Assembly: GCA_963728205.1 (NCBI GenBank)
Contig: CAVSIV010000006.1
Span: 96,001-160,000 of the forward strand
Origin: an uncultured Chloroflexia bacterium
Lineage (GTDB): Bacteria > Chloroflexota > Dehalococcoidia > UBA2979
Length of the DNA: 64,000 nucleotides
Reading direction: 5' to 3'
Of the stretch, positions 29,731-39,221 are shown in pieces. Positions within the stretch are counted from its first letter, which is position 1; every line of letters begins with the position of its first letter. The position numbers and the translations under genes were made by a program. The notes under the pieces were generated by a model. That model searched no databases. It was not told where the DNA came from and saw nothing but the letters and a program-made list of their open reading frames with translations.

Positions 29731-31113
29731 TCAGAGCGTCACCGCGTCGCCGTACTCCGGCTCCACGACACGCCCGGCGCCGCCCTCGCGCAGCGCCGCC
29801 GCCAGCGCGTGCGACGCCTCCGCCTCGCCGTGCACGACGAAGATGCGCTGCGGCCACCGCCCCGACCGCGCCCACGCCACGAGCTCGTCGCGGTCCGCGT
29901 GCGCCGAGAACTCCTGCACCTGCTCGATGCGCGCCCGCACGTCGTACTGCCGACCGAGGATCCGCACCGGCCTCTCGCCCTGCACGATGTGCCGCCCCAG
30001 CGTGCCGTGCGCCTGGTAGCCCACGAAGAGGATCGTCGACTCCGGCCGCTCGATGTTCGTCACCAGGTGGTGCTTGATGCGCCCGCCGTTGCACATGCCG
30101 GCGCCCGCGATGATCACGGCGGTGCCGCGGATCTGGTTGATGGCCTTCGACTGCTCGACGCGCCGCACGAAGGTCAGCCCGGGGAACTCGAACGGCGAGT
30201 CGCCGCCGCGAAAGCCCTCGGCCGCCTGCGGCGCCAGCAGCCCGCGGTAGCGCTCGAAGATCTGGGTGACGGACGTCGCCATCGGGCTGTCGACGAACGT
30301 GATCAGCTGCGGGATGCGCGCCGTGCGCACGAGCCGCCCGAGGTGGAACAGCACCTCCTGCGCGCGCTCGACGGCGAACGACGGGATCACGACGTTGCCG
30401 CCGCGCCGCACCGTGTCGAGCACGATGCCCTGCAGCCGCTCCTCAATGTCGCCGCGGGGGTGCAGGCGGTCGCCGTAGGTCGACTCCATGACGAGCGCGT
30501 CGGCGTCGGGCGGCGGCGCGGGGTCGGGCAGCAGCGGCTGGTGCGGCCGGCCGAGGTCGCCGGAGAAGACGACGCTGCCGCCCTCGAAGTCGAGCCGCAC
30601 GATCGCCGAGCCGAGGATGTGGCCGGCCGTGACGAGCTCCGCGCTGACGCCGCGCGCCACACGCTGGCGGTGCCCGTAGCGCAGGCGCTGGAAACGGCGC
30701 GCGACCTGGCGCGCGTCGCGCGCCGTGTAGAGCGGCACCTCCGGGTGCGGCCCGCGCCGGCCCTCGCGCTCATGCCGGCGGCGCTTGAAGTCGGCGTCCT
30801 CCTCCTGGATGTGGCCGGCATCGATCAGGAGCACCTCGGCGATCTCGGCGGTCGCGGGCGTGCAGTAGATGCGGCCGCGGAAGCCCTCCTTCACCAGGCG
30901 CGGGAGGTAGCCGCTGTGGTCGAGGTGCGCGTGGGTGAGGACGACGGCGTCGATGCTGCGCGGGTCGACGGGGAACGGATCCCAGTTGCGCCCGGCAAAC
31001 TCGCGCTCCTGGTAGAGGCCGCAGTCGACGAGGACGCGCGCCGCGTCGGTCTCCACCAGGAAGCGCGATCCGGTGACGTTGCCCGCGGCACCGAGGAAAC
31101 GAATCAATGCCAC
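29731..31113 (-). CDS. MBL-fold beta-CASP ribonuclease
   Basis: FLGAAGNVTGS, THAHLDHSG, AGHILGS, ESTYG, FSAHAD, VHGE. Confidence 0.92.
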   Translation of the reverse strand: MALIRFLGAAGNVTGSRFLVETDAARVLVDCGLYQEREFAGRNWDPFPVDPRSIDAVVLTHAHLDHSGYLPRLVKEGFRGRIYCTPATAEIAEVLLIDAGHIQEEDADFKRRRHEREGRRGPHPEVPLYTARDARQVARRFQRLRYGHRQRVARGVSAELVTAGHILGSAIVRLDFEGGSVVFSGDLGRPHQPLLPDPAPPPDADALVMESTYGDRLHPRGDIEERLQGIVLDTVRRGGNVVIPSFAVERAQEVLFHLGRLVRTARIPQLITFVDSPMATSVTQIFERYRGLLAPQAAEGFRGGDSPFEFPGLTFVRRVEQSKAINQIRGTAVIIAGAGMCNGGRIKHHLVTNIERPESTILFVGYQAHGTLGRHIVQGERPVRILGRQYDVRARIEQVQEFSAHADRDELVAWARSGRWPQRIFVVHGEAEASHALAAALREGGAGRVVEPEYGDAVTL

Positions 31114-31138
31114 GGGCCGTCCCTCCGCGCGAGCCGAC

Positions 31139-32080
31139 CTATGCGCCGTGCACCGCGGCCGGCGCCGCCGGCGCGACCGCGCGGCCCGAGCGGCCGCCGG
31201 CGGCGCGCCACGCGACGAGCCCGAGCCCGCCGGCGCCCCACGCCGCGATGAACAGCAGCGCGAAGCCGCCGAGCGGCAGCAGCGCGAACAGCTGCGCGAT
31301 TGCGACGCCGAGCAGCGCCTCGCGATACGGGTGCCCGCCCTCGACGTGCGTCGTGCGCAGCACGAGCGCCCCGAGCAGCGTGCCGAACGTCAGATAGCCC
31401 GCGAATGCCGCGGCCGGCAGCACGAACAGCAGGACGCCGATGCCGACGGGCGCGCCGATCAGCGTGACGATGGCGGCCACCGCCGCGATCGGAACGCCGA
31501 TGAAGAGCACGACCGCCGCGAGGATGCTCGCGCCGGCCCGGTCGGTCATCTCCACCGTCGCCGCACGCAGCTGCCCGCCGCCGATGGCGGCGAACAGCGC
31601 CGCCGCGGCGAGCAGCGCGATCGTCGAGCCGGCCCACATCACGAACCCGAAGACCACCGGCACCCAGCCGAACGTCACGTCGGGCCGCTCGTGGATGGCG
31701 CCCGTGACGGTCGCGCCGGCCGCGCGCTGGATGTCCGCGCGGTACATTGAGACGTTGCGCACGCTCGACCCGGCGGCGAGCGACAGCGTGCCGTTGGCGA
31801 TCACGACGTCGCCCTCGACCGTGCCGCGCACGGTCGCGTCCCCGTCGATCACGATCAGCGCGTCCTGGACGGTGCCCTCGACGATCGCGTTGCCGCGGAT
31901 CACGACGACAGAGCCGACGCGGTCGGTCGCGCCGACGCGCTCGTCGCCGTTGATCTTCAGCGTGAACTGGCGGTCCGCGGTCGCGTCCCTCCCCTGCGCG
32001 AGCGCCGCGGCGGGCAGGAGCGCGATGAGCACGACCAGCAGTGCCACGAACACACGAGGCGAACGGACGATGCGAGACAT
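31139..32080 (-). CDS. Secreted/membrane protein with bactofilin-like beta-helix repeats and C-terminal TMs
   Basis: Signal peptide; repeats G.A.V.GTV.GD.V; TLIGAPVG TM block. Confidence 0.75.
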   Translation of the reverse strand: MSRIVRSPRVFVALLVVLIALLPAAALAQGRDATADRQFTLKINGDERVGATDRVGSVVVIRGNAIVEGTVQDALIVIDGDATVRGTVEGDVVIANGTLSLAAGSSVRNVSMYRADIQRAAGATVTGAIHERPDVTFGWVPVVFGFVMWAGSTIALLAAAALFAAIGGGQLRAATVEMTDRAGASILAAVVLFIGVPIAAVAAIVTLIGAPVGIGVLLFVLPAAAFAGYLTFGTLLGALVLRTTHVEGGHPYREALLGVAIAQLFALLPLGGFALLFIAAWGAGGLGLVAWRAAGGRSGRAVAPAAPAAVHGA

Positions 32081-32303
32081 GGCCGGACCCTCCCGGGGCG
32101 CTCGAAGCGGGTCGAGCGTGTCACGCGCACCGCGGCGGCCACAGGGCCGAACGCCTGTGTTGTGGCTGACGCGGGTCACGCAGCGATCGCGGCGCGGAAT
32201 CCCGGGACCCGGGGGGACCAAGGCCACTCCCGCACCGGGTGCGGCGGCCCGACGATCGGGGAGAACGCGTGGCGGACGCGCTGCGCGGGAGGAGAATGGG
32301 CGC

Positions 32304-34676
32304 ATGCACTTCGCCCCGGCCGCCCTGCATCGCCTGCGCGCCGCGCTGCGCGCGCGCCCGATGGCGCGCGACGCCGCGCTGCTCGCGCTCGCCGGAGGCG
32401 GCCTCGTCGCCGGCATCGCGCTCGCGGTCTCGGGGCTCGCGCGGGCGGCCGACGTCGCGTGGGGCGCCGTCGCGGCCGGCGCGCTCCTGCTCGCCGGCGC
32501 CGGCATCGCGCGCGACCTCCTGCGCCGCCGCGCCGGCGTCGACCTGATCGCGCTGCTCGCGCTGGCCGGCGCGCTCGCGCTCGGCGAGACGCTCGCCGGC
32601 GCCGTGATCGGCGTCATGCTCGCCACCGGCGTCGCGCTCGAGCGCTACGCCGCCTCGCGCGCCGAGCGCGAGCTCTCGGCGCTGCTGGCGCGCGCGCCGC
32701 GCCTCGCGCACCGGCTCGTGGACGGCGCGCTCGAGACGATCCCCGTCGACGCGGTGCGCCGCGGCGACCGCCTGCTGGTCAAGGTCGCCGACGTGATCCC
32801 GGTCGACGGAGTGATCGTCGCGGGGCCGGTCGTGCTGGACGAGTCGGCGCTCACGGGCGAGTCGCGACTCGTGGACCGCGACGCCGGCGACGAGGTGCGG
32901 AGCGGCGCGCTGAACGCCGGCGCGGCGTTCGAGCTGCGCGCGACCGCGCCGGCCGCCGAGAGCGCGTACGCGGGCATCATCCGGCTCGTCGAGCACGCGC
33001 AGGAGACGAAGGCGCCGTTCGTGCGTCTCGCCGACCGCTACGCGGCGATCTTCGTCCCCGTCACGCTCGCGGTGGCCGGCGCGGCGTGGGCGCTCACCGG
33101 CGACCCGGTGCGCGCGCTCGCGGTGCTGGTCGTCGCGACGCCGTGCCCACTGCTGCTCGCCGCGCCGATCGCGATCGTCGCCGGCATCTCGCGCGCGGCG
33201 CGGCGCGGGATCATCGTGAAGGACGGCGGCGCGCTCGAGACGCTCGCCCGCGCGACGGCGCTCTTCTTCGACAAGACCGGCACGCTGACGATGGGCACGC
33301 CGCAGCTGCAGGACGTCGTGACGGTCGCGCCGTGGACCGACGGCGACGAGCTGCTGCGGCTCGCGGCGTCGGTCGACCAGCTGTCGTCGCACGTGCTCGC
33401 GCTGGCGCTCGTGCGCGGGGCGCGCGACCGGGGGCTCGCGCTCTCGCTGCCCGCCGCGAGCGACGAGGCGGCCGGCGACGGCATCGCCGGCACGGTCGAC
33501 GGGCGGCGCGTGCTCGCGGGGAGCGTGCGATGGGTGACCGCGACCGCCGGCACCCCGGCGGGCTGGCCGGCTGTGGAGCATCGGATCGCGCGCTTCGGCG
33601 GCTCGAAGGTGCTGGTGGCGGTCGACGGCGCGATCGCCGGCGCGCTGCTGCTCGACGATCCCCTGCGGCCGGACGCGGCGCGCACCGTGCGCGCGCTCAA
33701 GCGCGCCGGCTTCGCGGAGATCGCGATGCTCACCGGCGACCAGCCGCTGATCGCCGACTCCGTCGGCGCCGCGCTCGGCGTCGACCGCGTCTACGCGCAG
33801 CAGACGCCGGAGGACAAGGTCGCGGCGGTCGCGGCGTCGAGCGCCGCGCGGCCGACGGTGATGGTCGGCGACGGCATCAACGACGCGCCGGCGCTCGCGA
33901 CGGCCGACGTCGGCGTGGCGATGGGCGCGCGCGGGGCGACGTCGTCGTCGGAGGCGGCCGACGTCGTGCTGGTCGCCGACCGGCTCGACCGGCTGGTGGA
34001 GGCGGTGCGGGTGTCGCGGCGGTCGCGGCGCGTCGCGCTGCAGAGCGTGCTGCTGGGGATGGGGCTGTCGTTCGTGGCGATGGGGTTCGCGGCGTTCGGC
34101 TGGCTGCCGCCCGTGGCCGGCGCCGTGCTGCAGGAGGGCATCGACGCGCTCGCGATCCTCAGCGCGCTGCGCGCGCTGGGCGGCGACGGCGTGACGCCGG
34201 GGCGGCCGGTGATCGACGCCGCGCTGGCGCGCCGCCTGCGCGACGAGCACCGCGAGCTCTACCCGCGCATCGAGCACGTGCGTGCCGTCGCCGACGCGCT
34301 GGGCGACCTCGCGCCGGCGGAGGCCGCGCGCGAGCTGCGCGCGCTGGCCGACGACCTGCACGCGACGCTCCTGCCGCACGAGCGCAGCGACGAGCAGGAG
34401 CTGTACCCGGAGCTCGTGGACGGCCTGCCCGGCGACGACCCGCTCGCCGCGATGAGCCGCACGCACCAGGAGATCTTCTCGCTGGCGCGCGTGTTCGACT
34501 CGCTGGTCGCGCACCTCGCGCCGGACGGGCCGGCGCCGGGGACGGTCCCCGATCTGCGCCGGGTGCTGTACGGGCTGCACGCCGTCCTCCGCCTGCACTT
34601 CGCGCAGGAGGAGGAGCTGTTCCACGCGCTGTCCGAGGACTACACGCCGACCGTGCTCACGGGCGTCGCGACCTAG
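32304..34676 (+). CDS. P1B-5-type heavy-metal ATPase with a C-terminal hemerythrin-like domain
   Basis: TGES, ATPCPL, DKTGTLT, GDGINDAP, QEGID; hemerythrin motifs EH, HE..DE..LYP, H.EI, LH..QEEE. Confidence 0.9.
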   Translation: MHFAPAALHRLRAALRARPMARDAALLALAGGGLVAGIALAVSGLARAADVAWGAVAAGALLLAGAGIARDLLRRRAGVDLIALLALAGALALGETLAGAVIGVMLATGVALERYAASRAERELSALLARAPRLAHRLVDGALETIPVDAVRRGDRLLVKVADVIPVDGVIVAGPVVLDESALTGESRLVDRDAGDEVRSGALNAGAAFELRATAPAAESAYAGIIRLVEHAQETKAPFVRLADRYAAIFVPVTLAVAGAAWALTGDPVRALAVLVVATPCPLLLAAPIAIVAGISRAARRGIIVKDGGALETLARATALFFDKTGTLTMGTPQLQDVVTVAPWTDGDELLRLAASVDQLSSHVLALALVRGARDRGLALSLPAASDEAAGDGIAGTVDGRRVLAGSVRWVTATAGTPAGWPAVEHRIARFGGSKVLVAVDGAIAGALLLDDPLRPDAARTVRALKRAGFAEIAMLTGDQPLIADSVGAALGVDRVYAQQTPEDKVAAVAASSAARPTVMVGDGINDAPALATADVGVAMGARGATSSSEAADVVLVADRLDRLVEAVRVSRRSRRVALQSVLLGMGLSFVAMGFAAFGWLPPVAGAVLQEGIDALAILSALRALGGDGVTPGRPVIDAALARRLRDEHRELYPRIEHVRAVADALGDLAPAEAARELRALADDLHATLLPHERSDEQELYPELVDGLPGDDPLAAMSRTHQEIFSLARVFDSLVAHLAPDGPAPGTVPDLRRVLYGLHAVLRLHFAQEEELFHALSEDYTPTVLTGVAT

Positions 34677-35086
34677 TCACGGTCGCGCGCCGGCTCGGGC
34701 TCGGCGCCGCCGGCGACGTCGAGAATCGCCTGCCGCAGCCCCGCCGGGTCGAGCTCCTTGAGGAGGTAGCCGGAGGCGCCTGCGGCCGCCGCCTCGCGGC
34801 GCGCGGCGGGGTCGTCGTGCGACGTCAGCATGAGCACGCGGGTCGACGGGAGCTGCGCCCGGATCCGGGCGCAGGCGTCGATGCCGGAGCCGTCCGGCAG
34901 GCGCACGTCCATCAGGACGACGGCCGGCGCGAGGCGCAGGGACTCGGCCTCGCCTTCGGCGGCGGTGCGCGCCTCGCCCAGGATGTCGATGTCGCCGCCC
35001 TCGGCAAGCAGCGCGTGGAGGGCGCGCCGAACCGCATCATGATCCTCGACCAGCACGACCGAGACCGCTGAGCGCCGCGGCTCCAT
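34673..35086 (-). CDS. Stand-alone DosR/NarL-type receiver domain
   Basis: VEDHDAVR, MDVRLPDGSGIDAC, LMLTS, GYLLK; no HTH. Confidence 0.85.
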   Translation of the reverse strand: MEPRRSAVSVVLVEDHDAVRRALHALLAEGGDIDILGEARTAAEGEAESLRLAPAVVLMDVRLPDGSGIDACARIRAQLPSTRVLMLTSHDDPAARREAAAAGASGYLLKELDPAGLRQAILDVAGGAEPEPARDRD

Positions 35087-35105
35087 GCGCCGCAGGCGTA
35101 CACAC

Positions 35106-35165
35106 CCCACAGCGGCGGCAGACATGCCGCCGACCGGTCGGCGGCATGTCTGCCGCCGCTGTGGG
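35106..35165. repeat. Perfect 60-bp palindrome (REP doublet with no spacer)
   Basis: CCCACAGCGGCGGCAGACATGCCGCCGACC followed directly by its exact reverse complement. Confidence 0.95.
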
Positions 35166-35189
35166 TGGTCGCCGTGGGGACCGGCGTCG

Positions 35190-35936
35190 CTATTCGAACA
35201 GCACGCGGCGGCGGCGCGGCGCGCGGTACTCGAGCCCGAAGCGGTTGAGCGCGACGTCGCGCACGTACTGCGCGGCCGCCTCGGGCGAGTCGGTCACCGT
35301 GATGCGCTCGAGGTCGGCGACGTCGATGGCGCCGTCGGCGAGTTGCGACCGGCGCATGAACTCGAGCATCGGCGCCCAGAACTCCTCGTGCATCAGCACG
35401 ATCGGGAAGTCGCGGATCTTGCCGGTCTGGACGAGGGTCGCGGTCTCGAACACCTCGTCGAGCGTCCCGAAGCCGCCGGGCAGCACGACGAAGCCGTACG
35501 AGTACTTCACGAGCATGACCTTGCGCACAAAGAAGTGGTCGAACTCGATGAAGCGGTCGAGGTACGGGTTCGGGTGCTGCTCCTTCGGGAGGCGGATGTT
35601 GCAGCCGACGGTGCGCCCGCCGGCTTCTTTCGCGCCGCGGTTGGCGGCCTCCATGACGCCCGGCCCGCCGCCGGTCATCACGGTGAAGCCTGCCTCGGCC
35701 AGGCGGCGCCCGACGGCGCGCGCAAGCTCGTAGTGCGGGTGCGTCTCGTCGACCCGCGCCGACCCGAACACGGTCACGCACGGCCCGACGAAGTGCAGCG
35801 CGCGGAATCCTCGCACGAACTCGGCGAAGATCCGCAGCGCGCGCCACAACTCGGACCCGCGGGGCTGTGGCCCGGCGAGAAAACGGCGCTCGCCGGCGTC
35901 CGGCTCGTACTGCTCCGTCGTCTCCGGCCAGCTCAC
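35190..35936 (-). CDS. LOG family (TIGR00730-type) nucleotide phosphoribohydrolase
   Basis: VFGSAR, TGGGPGVMEAANRGA, RKVMLVKYS, PGGFGTLDE. Confidence 0.92.
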   Translation of the reverse strand: MSWPETTEQYEPDAGERRFLAGPQPRGSELWRALRIFAEFVRGFRALHFVGPCVTVFGSARVDETHPHYELARAVGRRLAEAGFTVMTGGGPGVMEAANRGAKEAGGRTVGCNIRLPKEQHPNPYLDRFIEFDHFFVRKVMLVKYSYGFVVLPGGFGTLDEVFETATLVQTGKIRDFPIVLMHEEFWAPMLEFMRRSQLADGAIDVADLERITVTDSPEAAAQYVRDVALNRFGLEYRAPRRRRVLFE

Positions 35937-36018
35937 GCGCAGATCCCCTCCCGCGCCCGGACGGGCGAGGTGCGAGCGTACGGCAGGACGTCGTCGCGTC
36001 GTGCGCGGACGGACGCGA

Positions 36019-36125
36019 CCTCAGCGGCGGCAGACATGCCGCCGACCTGTCGGCGGCATGTCTGCCGCCGCTGAGGGGCCGTTCGCGCACGACTTGCCTG
36101 CCGCCGCTGAGGGGCCGTTCGCGCA
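36019..36125. repeat. REP doublet (28-bp arms, 2-nt loop) plus a 28-bp direct duplication of its right end
   Basis: Arms at 36019-36046 and 36049-36076; CTGCCGCCGCTGAGGGGCCGTTCGCGCA at 36062-36089 and 36098-36125. Confidence 0.9.
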
Positions 36126-36144
36126 GAGCGTCGTCCGCGCCCGC

Positions 36145-36444
36145 TCACGCCGCCGGCTGCCACCGCGAGAGGCGCGGCAGGGTTCCGCTGAGCACGGCCT
36201 GCGCCCGGCAGATGGGCATGCCCGTGGCCCAGGACAGGCGCGCTGCGGAGACCTGCACCATCTCGTCCATCGAGAAGTCCGCGCGGAACCGCCCCAGCGT
36301 GTAGCAGAGGCCGCAGTACTCCGACGACGGCGTGCCGTCGACCTCCGTCCCGCGGTCGGTCGCGCTCGTGAGCAGGCCGCCGCACGACTGGCAGATCGGG
36401 CCGCGGATGCAGTTCCCTCCGCCCGTGCCGGGTTGAATTGTCAT
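36145..36444 (-). CDS. Putative zinc-ribbon protein (Zn_ribbon_2-like)
   Basis: CQSCG...GTE.DG..S.EYC..CY..G.F...LPRLSRW. Confidence 0.8.
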   Translation of the reverse strand: MTIQPGTGGGNCIRGPICQSCGGLLTSATDRGTEVDGTPSSEYCGLCYTLGRFRADFSMDEMVQVSAARLSWATGMPICRAQAVLSGTLPRLSRWQPAA

Positions 36445-36556
36445 ACCCACCCCTGTGGAAACCTCGCTGCGCGGACCAGCATCACGGACGCGCACACGTG
36501 CGCGGAGGGACGGAGGTCCTCGGAACGCTAGGCGCAGTCGCGTAAGGGATGAGACG

Positions 36557-36574
36557 GCTTATGTCGTGCTTATG
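36557..36574 (+). promoter_or_regulatory. 11-bp-period direct repeat upstream of the yceI-like gene
   Basis: GCTTATG-TCGT-GCTTATG. Confidence 0.45.
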
Positions 36575-36660
36575 CGGCAGGCGGCACGATTGCTGAATCC
36601 GCGCGCGTCCCGGCGGTGCGTGATCACCGCCTACCGAGCCCGCTCTCGACAGGAGCGCCC

Positions 36661-37431
36661 GTGTCCGTTTCACGCCGGCGCCTGTTGATCGGCGCAAGCG
36701 CCCTGGTCGCGCTGGCACTCGTCGGCGCGATCGTCGCCTGGCGTGTCGCCCTGCGCGGCGACGCGCCCGCGGCCGTGAGCCTCGAGGGCGCGGTGGCGTC
36801 GCTGAGCGCGACGCCCTCCGCGGCGTCGGCGGAGCCGAGCGCGACGGCGCCCGCGGCCGGTACGGGGACCGCGGTCGCGAGGGACGGCGCGCCGGCGACG
36901 CTGGTCGGGACGTGGACGCTCGTGCCGGCGAGCTCCTTCGTCGGCTACCGCGTGCAGGAGCAGCTCGCGAGCATCGGCGCGAACACCGCGGTCGGCCGCA
37001 CGTCCGCGATCACCGGCACGCTGACGTACGACGGCGCCGCGGTCACCGCCGTCGACGTGCAGGCCGACCTCACGGCGCTGCGCAGCGACGACACGCGCCG
37101 CGACAACGCGCTGCGCCGGCAGGCGCTCGAGACCGCGCGCTTCCCCACGGCGACCTTCGCGCTCACGTCGCCGATCGCGCTGCCCGACCCGCCCGCCGAG
37201 GGCGAGACCATCGACGTCACGGCGAATGGCCGCCTCACCCTGCACGGCGTGACGCGCGACGTCGCCGTCCCGCTCCGGGCCACGCTGAGCGGCGGGCAGG
37301 TGGTGGTCGTGGGATCGCTGCCGATCGCGTTCGCGGACTACGACGTGCCGCCGCCGAAGGCGTTCGCGGTGCTGTCCGTGGACGACCACGGGCTGATGGA
37401 GCTGCAGCTGGTCTTCGCGCGAGGCGCGTAG
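36661..37431 (+). CDS. YceI family protein, membrane-anchored
   Basis: S.VGYRV.E, AVGRT, L.SD..RRD, FP.ATF, G.LTLHGVTR. Confidence 0.88.
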   Translation: MSVSRRRLLIGASALVALALVGAIVAWRVALRGDAPAAVSLEGAVASLSATPSAASAEPSATAPAAGTGTAVARDGAPATLVGTWTLVPASSFVGYRVQEQLASIGANTAVGRTSAITGTLTYDGAAVTAVDVQADLTALRSDDTRRDNALRRQALETARFPTATFALTSPIALPDPPAEGETIDVTANGRLTLHGVTRDVAVPLRATLSGGQVVVVGSLPIAFADYDVPPPKAFAVLSVDDHGLMELQLVFARGA

Positions 37432-37566
37432 CCGCGGCACGCGGTTCACGGCGCGCGGCCCGCCGCATCGGCCGCGAGCCCCGGCTCGCGGCCCGTGGGC
37501 AAGCGGTCCGCCTCGGAGCCTCCGGTACCCTCTCCGTGAGCGCGTGCGGGCACGGGAGAGCGGCGC

Positions 37567-38508
37567 ATGGACCTGTTCGGCGTGCACCTCGTCGGCGTGA
37601 CCGCGGAGAGCGGTCGCAAGCTCTTGCTCACGGCGATCTTCGTCGCGCTGTTCGCCGCGGTGCGCTGGGCCGCCCAGGCCGTCGCCCGCGCGGCGCGGGC
37701 CGACCGCGGCGGCGACCAGGCCCGCTTCTGGTCGCGGCAGGTGATCAACCTCGTCACCACCCTGTTCCTCGCGCTGGCCGTGCTCTCGATCTGGTTCAAC
37801 TCGCCGCAGCACCTCGCGGCCGCCGCGGGGCTGCTCACGGTCGCCCTCGCCTTCTCGCTCCAGCGCGTGGTGACCGCGATGGCCGGCTACCTCACGATCG
37901 TGTGGGGGCGCATGTTCTCGCCCGGCGATCGCATCCAGGTCGGCGGCGTGCGCGGCGACGTGATCGGCGTCGGCTTCCTGCAGACCACGGTGATGGAGAT
38001 GGGGCAGCCGGCCGTCGGCGCCGACCCGGCGATGTGGGTGCGCAGCCTGCAGTACACCGGTCGCGTGGTGTCGGTCAGCAACGCGCAGGTCTTCGAGGAG
38101 CCGGTCTACAACTACAGCCGGCAGTTCCCCTACCTGTGGGACGAGATCAGCATCCCCGTGCCGTACCGCTCCGATCCCGCGCGCGCCGAGCAGATCCTGC
38201 TCGAGGTCGCCGGCACAGAGACGGTGCAGCTGCGCGACATGAGCCGCGAGTCGCTGCGCGCGATGCGCCGAAGCTACTTCGTGCACATGCAGGATCTGCG
38301 CCCGCACGTCTACTACCGGCTCACCGACAACTGGATCGAGCTCACGGTCCGCTTCGTCGTCGAGGTGCGCGGCGTGCGCGAGTTCAAGGACCGCATGAGC
38401 CGCGAGATCCTGCGGCGCTTCGGCGCAGCCGGGATCCCGGTCGCGTCCTCGACGGTCGAGGTGACGCAGGTCGCGTCCGACGCCTCCCCGCCCTCCACCG
38501 CGCGCTGA
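37567..38508 (+). CDS. MscS family mechanosensitive channel
   Basis: LAFSLQ, GDRIQVGGVRGDV, YTGRVVSVSN, WDEI. Confidence 0.88.
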   Translation: MDLFGVHLVGVTAESGRKLLLTAIFVALFAAVRWAAQAVARAARADRGGDQARFWSRQVINLVTTLFLALAVLSIWFNSPQHLAAAAGLLTVALAFSLQRVVTAMAGYLTIVWGRMFSPGDRIQVGGVRGDVIGVGFLQTTVMEMGQPAVGADPAMWVRSLQYTGRVVSVSNAQVFEEPVYNYSRQFPYLWDEISIPVPYRSDPARAEQILLEVAGTETVQLRDMSRESLRAMRRSYFVHMQDLRPHVYYRLTDNWIELTVRFVVEVRGVREFKDRMSREILRRFGAAGIPVASSTVEVTQVASDASPPSTAR

Positions 38509-38594
38509 GCAGGGGTGGACCGGTAGCCGGGCACGGTGCCGGGCAGGTGGTGGCGGTCGTTACGCTTCCGGCCGCGTTCGCGCGCGCCGCGGGG

Positions 38595-39221
38595 TCAGTT
38601 CGGGCGCACGAGGAAGCGATACAGCGCGACCCCGGCCACCAGCCCGGCAGTGATCGCGTAGAGGGCGATCATCCAGGGCTGCGCGGTGTCAGTGCCGACG
38701 GTGATCCCGTGCACGAGCCCGAGCGCGAACGTGCCGAACGCCATCGCGTGGATCGCCCGCCAGGCGCCGTACGGGATCCACTTCCGCATCCAGCTCGTGA
38801 CGCCGAGCAGCGCCACGCCCCACAGCGCAAACGTCCCGAGCGCGACTGGACCGGTCAGTCGTGCCGACGCGAAGGGGATCGCCGCCGCGGCGACGGGGAT
38901 GCCCGACGTCGCGTGCGCGACGAGCGTGACGACGTGAACAACCACCGCGATGACCGCGGCGAGCGTCCACTGCTGGTGCAACTCGAAGTAGGTCGCGCGC
39001 CCGAAGCCCCCGGCGCGCGACGTCACCGCGAGCCCAAACAGCATCGACAGCGCCAGCGCCAGGTACGCGACAATTCCCGAGGCGCGCGACGCCCACCACA
39101 TCAGCGGCAGCTCGCTCGTCGCGAGTGGGGCCAGGAGCCCGGGAAGCATGGTCGCGGCGAGCACGCCGGCGGCGGCCGCCATCAGCAGCCGTGCCGGCAT
39201 CGGCCAGCTCTGCGTGTTCAC
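38595..39221 (-). CDS. Ferric-reductase-like (MsrQ-like) transmembrane cytochrome b
   Basis: W.SRASG..AY; four candidate heme-ligand His (ELHQ, VHVV, WRAIH, LVHG); GTGA overlap with apbE. Confidence 0.85.
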   Translation of the reverse strand: MNTQSWPMPARLLMAAAAGVLAATMLPGLLAPLATSELPLMWWASRASGIVAYLALALSMLFGLAVTSRAGGFGRATYFELHQQWTLAAVIAVVVHVVTLVAHATSGIPVAAAAIPFASARLTGPVALGTFALWGVALLGVTSWMRKWIPYGAWRAIHAMAFGTFALGLVHGITVGTDTAQPWMIALYAITAGLVAGVALYRFLVRPN

